Origin: Pelomyxa schiedti | Taxonomy: Eukaryota > Protista > Evosea | Reading direction: 5' to 3' | Assembly (NCBI GenBank): GCA_020536535.1 | Contig: JAHLWZ010000590.1 | Span: 1 to 64,000 of the forward strand | Length of the DNA: 64,000 nucleotides | Program-made: the position numbers and the translations under genes | The notes under the pieces: generated by a model | The model's database searches: none | What the model was told of the DNA's origin: nothing | The model's input: only the letters and a program-made list of their open reading frames with translations | In this document: positions 36,541 through 49,395 of the stretch, in pieces | How positions within the stretch are numbered: the stretch's first letter is position 1 | How the letters are laid out: every line of letters starts with the position of its first letter

Positions 36541-39203
36541 TTACAAGCCCAACACACGTGTTACAACAACACAGGTATCACTACTGCAGGTGGCAATAAG
36601 CCCAGTCCTTGGGTCCCAGGCCAGTCCCTCAATTGAACCCAAGTGCAGCCTGAAAGGCCCTAGTTTTCGCTTTGTGACTAAGTCCCAGAGGAACAACCAG
36701 CCGTTTTGGGTCACACAGCTCACGTAGTGGTTGTTGTCTGTAGCCGGTCCTGCTTGTTGTATACAAAGATATGTCACAGTGTGCCATGCTAGAACCTGAT
36801 TCGATGGTTGGTTTGGTGGGAATTTGGAGGGAGTTTTACTTCGGAGGTGTTGAATACGTGGTGCAGTGTGAATTCTGGAGTAGCGGAAGAATTCCGGACT
36901 ACCCAAATCATGACGGTCTGTGGACTTTATGTTAATTTTGTTGTAGCAGTTTGGAAATATCCAAACTTTATCATCGGCACATGTGGCAAGAAATTCACCA
37001 GCTGGAGTTCGCACCCACTTCACGGAAGTGACAGCTGTTTTGTGACCTGTTTTTAAAATTGAGAGAAAGAAGGTAGGTCATCAAGAAGCACCAGAGAGCA
37101 CTGCTATTTTTTCCATGTTCATGTCCCAGATACAAGTCTGTTGATCTTCAGAGGAGCTGGCAATAAAGTTGTTATTGGGGCTCCATGCAATGCTCCAAAT
37201 CTTGGTAAGGTTAAGTGAAGTCTCTGAGAGTAAAAGCAACGTTTCCGTACTTCAGCATATTTCGTGAGACTCCCAAACTGGAGGTCTTGGGGTTTTGTAG
37301 ATGGTTTATGTGCTTTAAAGGCCACTCTTATTCTTTAGAATGGTTAAGAAGGAAAACTATCTCACTGTGTACATACTTAAAGAAGCCCTCAGAGAAATAC
37401 AATATGGCCAGTGTTCCGTCTGAACATGCTACTCCAAGTTGTTTTGGAGAATCCCCATTTTCCCAGGAAAGAGCTGTAATTGCGTCCATGAAACGAGCAA
37501 CTGGCTTGGGTTCATCCCCCCTGCAATATGTTGGTTTGAATTTCACTATGATGAACAAACTCTTGAAACGGGTTTTCCCAGTGCCACACAACTCCATCCA
37601 TGGTAGCACACTGTATACTCCCGTCGATGCTCCAGGACAGGGCTCGTATAGGCAACAACATATTGGATACAACTCTTAGGCATTCATGAGCTGCATTGGA
37701 AATTAGATTTAGGGCAAACATTCATCATGTTACCTGATTTATCTTCAGAGAAAGCCCATATCCATATACTGCCCCCAAAGTCCCCTACTGCAACACAATT
37801 ACGCTGTGGGTGAAACGCAATTCCTGAAAGAGCTTAAGACATATAAACTTAAGTTCTTTGGAATTTACCGCAGCACACTGTATCATGGTAGGACATAGAG
37901 TATTCCACTGGTTTGGCTCCTTTCAGTCGTGCAGCAATATCAATAGACCACAGGTTGGAATCTGTCAAGTACCACATCCGACTATAAGGAACTGACCAAG
38001 TGGCTGAGTAAAGATCCCCACTGGGAAGTTTTAGGGACCATTCTGTGCTCGGACCTCTGTTGCACCGCATTGTTCCATCACTTGAAGGGTATATAAAAGT
38101 GTCACCGTCAAGAATCATCCCCTTTGGGATTCCCGAACCAGGGAGATCGAACATGTGAGTAACATCACATGAGTCTCGGTTGATGAGGACAACACTGCGG
38201 TTTTGCAGTGCAGCAATTGTTCCCCCGCCAGATACAATTGATGTCCACCCAGACTTACCTAAAAATGGTGTATCCTTGACGACGCTGTACGGTGTGGTTG
38301 ATGCCAGTGATGGGTGTAATACTCTCATTACGCAAAAATCACCTGTTCACAGAGTTAGTTGTTTTTTTGAACGATTTTGAGATACCCTCCGGGATGGAGG
38401 CTAGTTGTGGGGCCACAGCCGGGACATAGTATTGCTTATCCATAAAGCATATTATATCATTGCTTGAGTTCAATTCTGCGTATTCATACCTTCCCCTTAT
38501 AGTGCAGAGAGAAGAAAGGGAGGCACCATCTTTGCCAAGAGCAAAAATTTCCAGGGCTTCTCCTGGTTCACACAATACCAAGAAGTGTGAACCAGATGGA
38601 TTCCTGAAGATGACGTTAAGAAACTAAAAGAAAGGAAAACGAGGTACCATGATGAGTGCATTATACCATCAAATTGTGAAGTTGTCTTGAATAAAGGTTG
38701 CCAATCAGTTGTCCAGAGACCAATTTCATTTGCACACGAAGTGGTAGACACAATTCTGTTGTATTTTTAATTTATGTGAAAAAAGAGAAGTAAGAGAAAT
38801 GGCTGTTTGAAGTCACAAGAAAGACAAAGAGTTCGAATTACAGTGGAGGAGACTGTAGAATAATAATCATAATGAATAATAAAAACAGATCGAAGATGAC
38901 AAACTCTCACTCTCTCTTTCCAATCGCAGGGTCATCAGAGCCCTTTCCAGATACAGCTGATGATGGCACAGATACAGAGTTATCAGGCGCCCCACGGGTG
39001 GGACAGACAGGGGCGGGGCAGCGCAGGACTGACGTCACGGCGTTCATGTGAGCCTGCACCAGGAACACCCGGCGCCGCGCCCTGACGTCCCACCTCGCCA
39101 CGCACGGCCCCATGGACACGTCGACCTCGAACGGCCGATCTGCCACACACAGCCCAGTGTTGTACCTTGGAGTGCCAATCCCAAACGCCCCAATGACTTC
39201 CAT
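36541..39203 (-). CDS. WD40-repeat protein
   Basis: VARWDVRARRRVFLVQAHMNAVTSV; IRALSWSIDGS; FLATCADD; LFLWDLVT...LHLGSIEGLAWDPRTGLIATCSSDTCVVV. Confidence 0.85.
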
Positions 39204-39506
39204 TTGTTGCCGTGTGGCTGGGCTACTGGGGTGAGAGAGAAATCAGGAGGTTTTTTTTTGTTTGTTCTTCTTGTTTTTTGCCGTTTAGCGGAAGTCTAGT
39301 GGGGAAAGCACTTGGGATAGCAATTGGTACGAAGCGGCGCACTTGGGTTGTTGGCCGATTGGTGCGAGTGAGGGAATTGGCGGGGCAGGGACCACCGGCG
39401 GGGTGGGCGCGCCAGTTTTCAGTGTAATTTCAGCATGGAGAGGAGGCTGCCACCTAGGAATGAGGTGCCTAGTAAGGCAACGCTGCTTTGGTGGCAGTGA
39501 TTCATG

Positions 39507-40347
39507 TCAAACCCAAAAAGGCCATAGTCCCATGCCTGTGTATGTGGGTTTCAAGTGAACGAACCACTGCGCGTCCGCGAATTGATAGTGAGAGTGCATG
39601 GTGTGTGCCGGGTTGTTTCGCTTGTTATTTAGATACTTTCCAGTAGGGTGGTGTAGGGAAACACACCAGGTGGCGCAGGCCGGCAAGCATGTGATATAAC
39701 ATCGGGAAAGCCACACACCATCGGATTACGTAGCCCGCCCAGCCCCCGCCATACCTTTTTACATACTGTCTCATGGCAGGATGAAAATGTGAAGAAAGTC
39801 CGCCTAACATAATGCCACCAAAACCTATTTGGTCATTGTAACCAGGATTACCGAGTTAATCACAGATAGAACAAAACCAACTTACGCACAAACCAGGGAT
39901 GCAGCATATATAGAGGGAAGACAAAAAGCTCAAAAAAAAAAAAAAGGTACCAATAACGAGGGCAACGCCAGTGGCTCTGTGAGTCCCAGAGCACAGTGCA
40001 TTGAGCGGCCATCTGTATGAAAATAAAGCGGGGCTCAGCATCCTCCTGCCACACAACTCACCGTGATTTTGCGGTTGCATGAATTTCCACGTCACCACAT
40101 TGGTTGTCTCGCTCTTGCCCTCGTGCTTGTCGTCGTCTTGCGGGGTCGAGCCGGGCTGCGCGTGCAACTGCTCGGTCAACGAATTTACGACACCTACTGC
40201 ATTGCGGGGTTGTTTCTCGTGCTGCAGTTGGTCCACCTGCACGTGCGCGCGGCGCGAGGCCCCGCAGGGGTTACGGCGGCCCATAACGGCGGGCGCTGCG
40301 CCAACGGCCCGTGTGAGGTACCCACCCCATGCTACAAAAGACACCAT
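39507..40347 (-). CDS. SDHC: Succinate dehydrogenase cytochrome b subunit (complex II membrane anchor); start uncertain
   Basis: RMLSPALFSYRWPLNALCSGTHRATGVAL...VAFPMLYHMLAGLRHL matches SdhC; the heme-ligand His is retained; Arg-rich presequence-like N-terminus from ATG 40347. Confidence 0.82.
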
Positions 40348-42034
40348 ACACGTCGTTCTCCCAACACCAGCAGCTACACAACTACACAACATCTACACCT
40401 CGATTGTTTGATTTAGAAATTTACGCTAAAAGTACAAGCCTTGCTGGAATTCTCGTCAAAGGCAGGCTCGAAGTCGAAAATTCTTCATTCCACCACTCCA
40501 CAAAGAAGACCACCATTATGGGTCTCGTTTGTGGAGGTGTAAGTGGTGCTGCATAGTTCCCCTGCAGTAGAAAAGCAGTTAGTGATACCCAAGTCAAATA
40601 TGCCATACCTTGGCTTCCGCCGTGCTTTGCTTTCCCAAGTCGATTCCCTCATAAAAGCGAGTGGTGTATTTACGGTTATGTTAGGCTTTAATAGGTACTG
40701 GGTCCACTTGTGTTAATTTGCGTTTTTATGGTGGGAGTATTGTGTCTTAAATTTCGTGTGGTATGTGTGACAAAAACTGCACTAGGGGGGGAAAGAAAAA
40801 CGCAAACAGGGAAGAACACACACGCTGTTAAGGTTGGTTTGGCTTTGCTATTTTTCGTGGTAGATCTCTAGTCGTAGTTGTCGCGTGCGATTTTGGTTGG
40901 GTTTGTTTTTTTTTTTGTGATTTATGTTTAAGTGGCCTTTTTTTTCTTTTTAAAGGGAAGCCAGGGGAAACATTTAACATTTGCAACTCCGGCGAGGCTA
41001 CATCTAACATTTCCAACAATGGATCTAGATGAGATTTAGATGAGATTTGCCGAGATCCGCACAACGCAGTGTGGTGCGGTTTTTGCTGTTGCTGTTGCTG
41101 TTGCTGTTGTGACGCACCCCCAGTCAAATGACGTGCATCGTAGTGAGATCGTTCGCGGTGGTCGCGTGTGCGATTACGCCATTGGCTGGTTGTGGTTGTT
41201 GTTGTTGGACATCACACTCTGTTGCGCGTGGAGGGAGATTCGCGGTGGGTTTGGGTTTCCGCCGCCCGAACTGGGGATTTGGTTGGTTGGTGGTGGGCAC
41301 TCATCGTTGTGGTGGTCACGTAGCATGATTGCAGATTGTTTGTGTGATGGGGAATTGGCCTAATTTTGCCGGGACTCCATTCCAACAACGTGGGCATTGC
41401 GGTGACGGAGCTGAGGCACGCGAGTGGAGAAAATATCCCGGGGCTGGGGCTGTGTTTGTGAGGCATTCCCATTCTGTTGGGATTCCATGGTAATTTCATT
41501 CTCTTGCGGCCATTCTTTTTTTATGGTCACCTGTTGCAGTTGTTTTGTTGGTGAGTGTCACTCCCGCTGACGATACCAACCGAAACCGTTGTGTTTTTGA
41601 TTGAACTCATCAGAACAACAAAACAGAAGAAAGAAGCTGATATCTGCACAGGCCACCAACTGAGGGTTTGAAACCAACTGGGCCCATCAATCTCAGGTAA
41701 TGCCTACCACTGCAAACACTACTTGCATCATAAATCGTGGAAGCGGACTTGGCAATTGTTTCTACAAACATGCTATGTGTTGTAGGCGAGGAGACAGTGG
41801 CCATGTGTTATTGACTGTAGGAGGTTTTGTGCCATCTCTTGTCTTTTACACAAAAAATTCATTTCCACCAGAAAAAAGCTCCTCGGAGGCAAATGTGACT
41901 TGTAGAATTTGGGTATTAAAGCTGCTCTTTAATTAATAACATTACCAACACAAAATAAAAATAAAATAAAAAACGAACCAACAAAGCGACAGCGAGAATC
42001 TTCTCATCAACAACAATCATTTCCTCTCGCAATA

Positions 42035-42275
42035 ATGCCTGTCACTGTGTCTCCACTATAGTCTCACTCACTTTCTTAGTTTGGGCTATGCCACGAAGTT
42101 GAATGACCTGACTCGCTACAAGCCCGAGACTTTGGCTCCTTCGCCGAGTTCAAGAGAAAGTTCTCTGAGACATGTGATTGATGTCTGGGAGCATGCCTAT
42201 TATTCATTGACTACCGCGGCAGGCGCGCTGCGTATGTCGAAAAGTGTGGTGGAACCTTGGCAAGGCCTCTTGGAC
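42035..42275 (+). pseudogene. Fe/Mn superoxide dismutase pseudogene with multiple internal deletions and frameshifts
   Basis: Patches in different frames: MPVTVSPL*, GYATKLNDL, DFGSFAEFKRKFSE (42128-42169), VIDVWEHAYY (DVWEH from 42180), IDYRGRRAAYVEK, WWNL. Confidence 0.8.
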
Positions 42276-42878
42276 TGCTGTGCAAAGCAGCCCGAGAGCA
42301 CTGAGGGTCTCAGTAACACCCAATGTGCTCCAATAGAGGGAATGATGAACAACATGTCAATTCTGTGGCTTCCCCAGCTCTAGGACAAGAAACGTTGCTT
42401 GACATCTGCATTTATTCCTAAAGAGCTGTGGCGAATCGGAAAGCCATTCTAGCTTATTAGAAGCAGAAAAATCGGTTTCCCCAATTTTTTATGTGACCTA
42501 AATCAAACAAAAGAAAAATGAGCGCCAGTTCCATGCTCTGATCTCCAAACCACTCGATTTCCTTGCCACTTTGTTGGTTCCTTTTTTGCTGGAATAATTG
42601 TTATACCTGTTTGTTGGGATTGATTTTGTTTGGTCTGGGTGAGCCTGAAGTTGCCCGATTTGATGTTGAGCGTGTGAAACCATGCTGTGCAGCGAGAGTG
42701 GAGATCTGATCAATCTCAACTGGTGTGACAACGTGGTCATGGACGCTCGTTCTACGGTTAATTGAACTTTTTTCGCGTTTTTCCAATTCAAGCGAAAACG
42801 CCGGTGTTCTTAACCTCTTCCCATCAACGTTCGAGCCTCAACAAAACATCAGAAAAAAAAACCAAACAAGACAACAAG

Positions 42879-44734
42879 ATGGGGTGTTGCTGCTGTACAT
42901 CAGGACGAGATCGCCGTAACTTCAGGGGGAGTTACTACCACAAGAACGTTTGCTGCGGAAAACGTACCGTGAAGAGGGGCGAGTGTTGCGCTACGTGGAA
43001 TTTGTCCGGCGAGTACTCGGTCCATGAAGGCCCTGTTCGTATCTGGATGTTCTGCAGGTTTGCAACAACCACCATAATATTAAACAAAACAAAAAATGCC
43101 AAAAAAAAAAAAAGACTGTTTTCTTAAATTCTTAAGTGAGGTGGCATTTTTGGATCGAGCCACTGCTGGTCCTAATCAGTACTTGGTGGTAAAGAGGAGA
43201 GATGGAGTCCAAGAAAATATACCTGGCCCCTATTCAATGTTCAAGTAAGCTTTTATCCAATAATAATTTTCCATGCTTACACTCGATGAAGGGACCCCGT
43301 AATCCATGTTTCTGTTGACGTGTGTGATTCTATAGGTATGACCTTTGTCTGGCACCTTATTTCTCCTTACAAATTTAAGCTCTTGATGCTTCCGAACTCT
43401 GCGTCATTTACTCTCAGCCCACAGCAGGAGAAGCTGCAACTGCAGCCGCAGCTTCCTCACATTCACATTCGTCCTCATCCGACGAGGTGGAAATGACAAC
43501 GACAACTTCTACTCACAAACAGAAACATAAGCACAAGGGCAAGGACAAGGACAACTTGCCTCCTGCGGGTATGTTTCCCGTTGTTAATGACACAATTTAT
43601 AGCTTTGGGTAAAAAGGAACTGGAGTCCGTCGGTTACTGAGAGGGCCAGACAATTTCATTCCAACCAGTACTGAACGTGCTCATCAATTTGAGTGGTCAC
43701 CTGCAGATCCCAATGCAAAAACCAAAGTCACGTTCCAGAAGCTTAAATTGATTGTACAGAGCCTTAAGTGTGTTGTTGAGGGAGTACGAACTACTGATAA
43801 AATCTTACTGGCTGTATGTTGGAGCACTTTTTTTTTTTTCTTTGCCTCTGATCTTTTTTAGGTTGAAGTAATGATTTTCTGGGATATTGTTGATGTAGAA
43901 CGGATGCTTGATAACACTAGTGATCCTGTAGGAGAGATAAGAGCAGCAACAGCTGCTGACATTGTGTCCTTTGGCTCAAATCACAGGTTTTTTTACCCCT
44001 TATGGCTTATTATGTCTAACCCAGCACCCTACAGTTACGAGAGTTTACTTTCAAATACCCCTCAGTTGAGTGAATTAGACCCCTACAGGATGTTGGTAAC
44101 ACGTGCTACTGCTTTTGGGGTTGCAATCCGCAAAGGCAAGTTTCTTTCGAAAACGTAGGGTTTCACCTAATCTACCTGTAGTTATTTACAACGGATATCG
44201 CGCTGAGGCCGGAGTTCAGCGAGTTCACGACCACGCACTTGAAACGCGAGCCAAGTTGAAGGCAGAGCACGAGCAAAATGAGCACGAGCAAGCCCAGATT
44301 GATCTCAAGCTGAAACATGAATTTGAAAGGACCAAGAGGGAAGGTGAACACAACGCTTTAATGAGGGAGCAAGCAGAAATACAAGAAAGGGTTTGTAGTT
44401 CATAATACACTGTGTCATACTTATACTTAAACAGTTCAATTTGGAAATGGAGAAAGTCAAGCACGCCGCGGCACTGCAACGGAAACAACAAGAGGAAGAA
44501 CTGGAACAAATGGCACGGCGCAGGGCACATGAAACAGACGTCGCGTTCTACAAAGAATTGGCTAACATTGGTGTGAATGTGACTCAGTATCTCGTAGCCG
44601 CAAACCAGAAGCCTGCCAATCAAGTGGTGAAAATTGATCAAGGAACAGGAGAAGTTCAAGGAATCACACCCACACACGTGCACCTTCATGAAGCACCAAG
44701 TGCAAATGAAATGCCACCAAACAAACGGAGCTAA
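42879..44734 (+). CDS. SPFH / major-vault-protein-like protein with MGCCCC lipidation-type N-terminus and C-terminal coiled coil
   Basis: YLVVKRRDGVQENIPGP (MVP-repeat-like); FQKLKLI...VEGVRTTD...MIFWDIVDVERMLDNTSDPVGEI (shoulder/band-7-like); coiled coil ending GVNVTQYLVA. Confidence 0.6.
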
Positions 44735-44828
44735 CCTATACATACCCTACAATCAGTAAACACTTTGTAAAAACAAAATCGAAGAACCAAAAAGTAATGT
44801 AACTAGACTTCTACTCTATTGTTTTTAC

Positions 44829-45956
44829 TTAATCACCCTTGTGTGCTGCTGCTGTAAGCTCTTCCTTGCTAAGGGGAGTTTCATTTAGAGTGCTGCTTGT
44901 GCTACTGGTGCTTGCTGGTTCAAGGAATTGGCCTGTGCAAAACTTGTAAAGTGAGGCGATTTCGGTGTTGGAGTTGCAGTGATTGATCCACTCCTGTTCA
45001 CTCAATACGCCATCGTTGTTATCGTCTGCATCAAATATCTTGTGTAGGAAAAGTAAGAATGGTATATGGGAGGTACAAACGTACCCGCGAAACGGCAGTG
45101 TTTATGGTCTCCTGTAGTTCAGTTTTTGTTGCTTCCCATGCCCTCTCTGAGTATGTTTAGCAAAGAGTAGCTGCCCATGAATTCCTGTAACCTGACTCGT
45201 CACGGGAGAGACCACTTTTCAAGCACACCAGAAGTTGCCCATTATAGACTGAAGACGTCATAACTTCCACCAATTCGGCTTTAGTGAGGTTGCCATCCCC
45301 TGAAGAACCACTTAAAATCTTGATGGCAATACTATAACAAACCATTCTTATCAGCAATATGAAACACAAGTCTCGCTTTTTCAATATCCGTCCCCTTGGA
45401 CAGTATAGCGAGCTATAAGAAACCAAGATAATAATAGAAATAATAAAATTCATAAAGCACAGTGAGTAGGGCGAAAAGAAAAAAAAGGGACCCACCCCTC
45501 CAAGAAGCTCACTATGGCTGATAGAATTACTATGGTCTACATCAAGCACGCCGAAAAGCTGTGTGACGAATGCTGGTTCGTTTAAAGCCAATAGCTCAGG
45601 AAAGATATGAGCCGCTTCAGAGGCCAAAGTCTGGAACTGACCCAGGTCCACCTGTGCAACAGAAAGAGAATGAGAAACCATAAAAAGAACCTCTAGGTTA
45701 GGTCTAAAATAATTTCAGTAACGGTGTCATGCCTCACACCTTGTCTGTAGCCGGACCAACTCTTTCAGCCCATAATTTATTTAGTTGCTCCAACTCCGTT
45801 GGTGACAACTTGACTCGGAACTTGCTTATTGCCTGGTCACTCTCGGAACCTTCTGCCAGTGGTTGTGCTTCTGGTCTTTTGTAGCAAAAGATAATAGATT
45901 GTGAGGAAAAAGGAAAAAGTCCCCTCTAACACACACGTTTCTATGGTGTTGCCCAT
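44829..45956 (-). CDS. EF-hand calcium sensor (NCS/recoverin or calcineurin-B-like), likely myristoylated
   Basis: MGNT start; LFGVLDVDHSNSISHSEL; DGNLTKAEL; IFDADDNNDGVLSEQEW. Confidence 0.8.
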
Positions 45957-46079
45957 GTTTTTGGTTTTTTTCACCAAGGATGAATTACCGTAAAGATGGA
46001 AAAAATTATTACGAGAAAGACTAATCAAAAACAGAACGTCAGTGGCCAGTGTTTGGCCACAAGATGCTAAGATTAACCT

Positions 46080-46997
46080 CAGGTGTGGTGGTTATGTGAG
46101 TGATCTCTTCCAACGGAATGCGGTGTGCAAAGTTTACTGAAGGAGGCTGGTCACGTGCACCAGGGCCACCAGCTCCCTCATCCCAAGTAATCGCCTATGA
46201 AATAGAGTAAGGATCAAACATAGGTTTTAACGCCGCGTTTAGACACAAGCTGCAGTACATTTATTAATGAGTGCATTTGATGTAAAGTAAGTGGGAGCAA
46301 ATATACACACAGATAGATAGATGGAAAGACAGAAAAGGAACCGTACCTGGACATCATTAGACTGCCTCTTCCCATTTAAGAACAGCTGCCACCCCAGTTG
46401 AGTGCACACTATCTTAGCCCTGTGAGGCAGGCCCTCCGCCGGTTCGTGCGCGAACGGCCACAGCGACCGGGGAACGGCCGGCGTCGTGACCTCCTTGCCC
46501 CACCGGCCGTCGGCGTTGGTGTGGTTCTGGACCACCAGGTTCACGCCCAGCACGTTGGTCCTCACGTTCATGTGGTACGCGATCCTTTGGGAGGCGCAGC
46601 CAACGCCCCCATAATGGAAGTTCACGGCCACGTGTCCGTCCCTGACGAACCACCACCACGCATGAATCACGGTCCCAGGGGTCAGGAATCTCTTCGTCGC
46701 CGTCGCCGAGGCTTCTGTTGCTGGTGGCGCGGGCTGTGCTATCGCCGTTGATCTTCTGGTCGCTGTTGTTGTTCTTGTGGATGACGTAGATGGAGGTGCG
46801 ATTTCGTTGGGCACGAGTACCAGTATGGTGGAGGACGGCGGCATCTTGGTGACAAGGTGGTTCAGTCCCACAATTCCGTCGGCGATGGTGTGCCACGCCC
46901 TACACACTCGGCTGCACGCAACGAGAAGAACTCGACTCTCAACGTACGGAAGTACAAGCACAGCAACACCATCAGGCATGCCGGTCGGTTGCCCCAT
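46080..46997 (-). CDS. F-box plus galectin-domain protein (3' end approximate)
   Basis: MPDGVAVLVLPYVESRVLLVACSRVCRAWHTIA (F-box); VAVNF...IAYHMNVR...LVVQNH...GRWGKE...WPF...WQLFLNG (galectin). Confidence 0.75.
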
Positions 46998-47070
46998 TTC
47001 TTTCAACGAAATCACCTTTTCGTCAGTTAAAACAACAGCTAAGACGAAAAGTTTTTTTTTTTGTAATCGA

Positions 47071-49133
47071 TTACAAAGCGAGCTGGGTTGTGGCTGCGCT
47101 TTCTCCTTCGCTGTCAAAGGTGAGCTCGTGCTTGCCGGTGATGACGCGGGAGCCGTGGGCTGGCTTGAGCTGCACGCGGACGCCGACTTTGAACGTGCCC
47201 CACCCGATCCGCTTGAGGCAGAAGGGTGGCTTGTCTATGGTGATGGATGGAGGCTCGAAGGTAGGATGGAGCTCCCATGTGACGGACTGCACGAAGGGGC
47301 AGGAGGCCGCGTCCAGCTTGAGGTCCCAGGAGTGGTCGTCGGTCTTGCGGGTTTTGTGCCCCTGAATCACTGTGATTGCAGCCGGTAGCACTGCTGATGT
47401 GGTGGTGGTGGAGGTAGTTGGAGGCTTAGAGGCTGCAGTGGGTGACGTTGATGTGGCCGTTGATGACGATGTCAAGGTTGAAGTCTCAGCCGGCGGCTTT
47501 GGGGGTGCCGGGGTGGTTGATGGCTTCGAAGGTGTAGTAGAGGTGGATGAAGAAGTTGCGGAGGATGATGGCGATGTTGTTGTTGCTGCAGATGGTGGTT
47601 CAACGGACGTGGGTGGAGCGGGTACTGCCCTGGCCCCGACATTGACCATGGGAATCCAGTCAAAGGTACCTTTGAGTGCTCCGGAAACCCACCATGTCCC
47701 CAAGGTGTTGCGGTACCGGTCTCCTTCCAATTTTATATCCCAATGGCCTTCTCGGTCTTTCTTGGTCACAACACCAACCCTGCCCAAGTTGCGTGCCTGA
47801 GGGTGGCACACCTTCAATTTTGCGCCAGGGGCGAGGTAGAGAGTCGTACGCACAGACCAGTCACGCTTACCCTCAGCATTGTACGGAATAACAAACGAAT
47901 CTGTCCCAAAGACTGGTCGAGCAAACGGGGATATTTCCAGGCTCAGTAATTGGAGCAACTTTTTGAATGCATCATCCAGTCGAGCCCATATACGCACGGT
48001 GCACTGCACAAGATTGAATAGATTAAATTAGAAATTGGATAGTTACTTTGGCGTCGAGTGCAGTCTGCTGAAGGTTAATAAGAATTGTACCAAGAGCTTT
48101 TGGTGGTTCTTTGCACGCTTTTTTTGCTGGTGTTTTGGCAACCCTATCCGCATTCCTGCAAAGGGGTGAGTTGACCTTAAACCATAAAGATGTGGAGAGA
48201 CTACATTCCAGAAAGGGAACTTCCAAGGCAAAGACATAAATCTATTCTTCTTAGTGGAATTCTTGCAACATGCTCTTCTTACCGGTCTTTTCTTCAATCT
48301 CAAGCATATCATTAAATAAATCATGGCGGAGACTTTCGTCAAATTGTACAACAGGATTGGATGGGTCATACCTGCATATGGTAAAACGAAAGAAAGGTTA
48401 TTTAGGTGGAACCCAACCATGCCCCATGAATCTCGTTGAGTTTTTCTTGTGGAAAGCCTGCCTGAAATTGGAAAATCAGAACGCATCGAGGAAAAGAATG
48501 GAAGTTACTTTTTGAGGAAGACCATCATGATTCTGATTTACCTGAAAGTAGTGTTTAAATGTTATTCTATAACAAGTTTGGCTGAAGTACCCACGAATGC
48601 AACAGGCCCCCTCTTTCTAGTGCCACCAAAGACAGGTGGGCGAAAGTTGGCTGTGCATCAGTTACACTAGCTAATTTCGGTGCATCGACTATTGTTTCAG
48701 AAGACTGCCAAACAATCAACAAAATGGTAATTTGTGCAAGAATACAGCACACCTTAGTGGCGTAATCGGGGATGCCTGACGACTTGCTTAGACCTGCACC
48801 ACTGTAAGCACAGGTGTGCTTGCTTTTTGCCAAAAGTGCCGCTACAATGGCGAGCTTCGCGTCAAGTACGAATTCTTCATCGAGGTACTCATTCGCCTGG
48901 AGGGGAAAATACGTATTAAAACGTGCTACTCCCCTACACTCTCAACGAACTTTGATAGAGTTGTCTTGATCGGGCCTGTTTGATTTGTCTGATCTGGCCA
49001 CAAGCCTTGGTGCGGGCCAGTCACTGTTGTGCCGCAAACCGTGCATTGCAGATCTAGATCCACTCATGCGCTGTACCACCGCAGATGCCGTGGACGCCGT
49101 AGAGGGAGTCGACTTGCTTGTTGTCTTTGACAT
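47071..49133 (-). CDS. Sirtuin (SIR2-family deacylase) fused to a C-terminal YEATS domain
   Basis: GAGLSKSSGIPDY, PTFAH, QNHDGLPQK, EIHGAW, LCLGSSL, LINLQQTALD, VRIWARLDD; then an S/T/P linker and HSWDL...VQSVTWELHPTFEPPSITIDKPPFCLKRIGWGTFKV...HELTF in one open exon. Confidence 0.85.
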
Positions 49134-49395
49134 GTCACGTGTCGGTTTTTTTTTTTTTTTAGGTTCAAAAACGAAGGAAACGGCCTTAAGAACGGAGATT
49201 CAATTGGTCGGCATTTCCACTCCAATTGCCGAAGTGGGGGTGAGACCTCTTTCACCCACTCTCCTCCGTTCGACGTGAGTCCCCCCTCATCAGTTCACAG
49301 TGGGCGAAACTCTGCTGCTTTCTGGGAACTTCGAAAAGGAGAAAAAGACAAAAAGGTCCTTGAGTTAATACACCCGTTGCTGCTCGGAACTTCAG

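Noticed and set aside
40828-41990. Possible gene(s) with Q-run and R/S/H-rich frame
   Set aside because: No consistent start or splice path and no recognisable domain; left unannotated.
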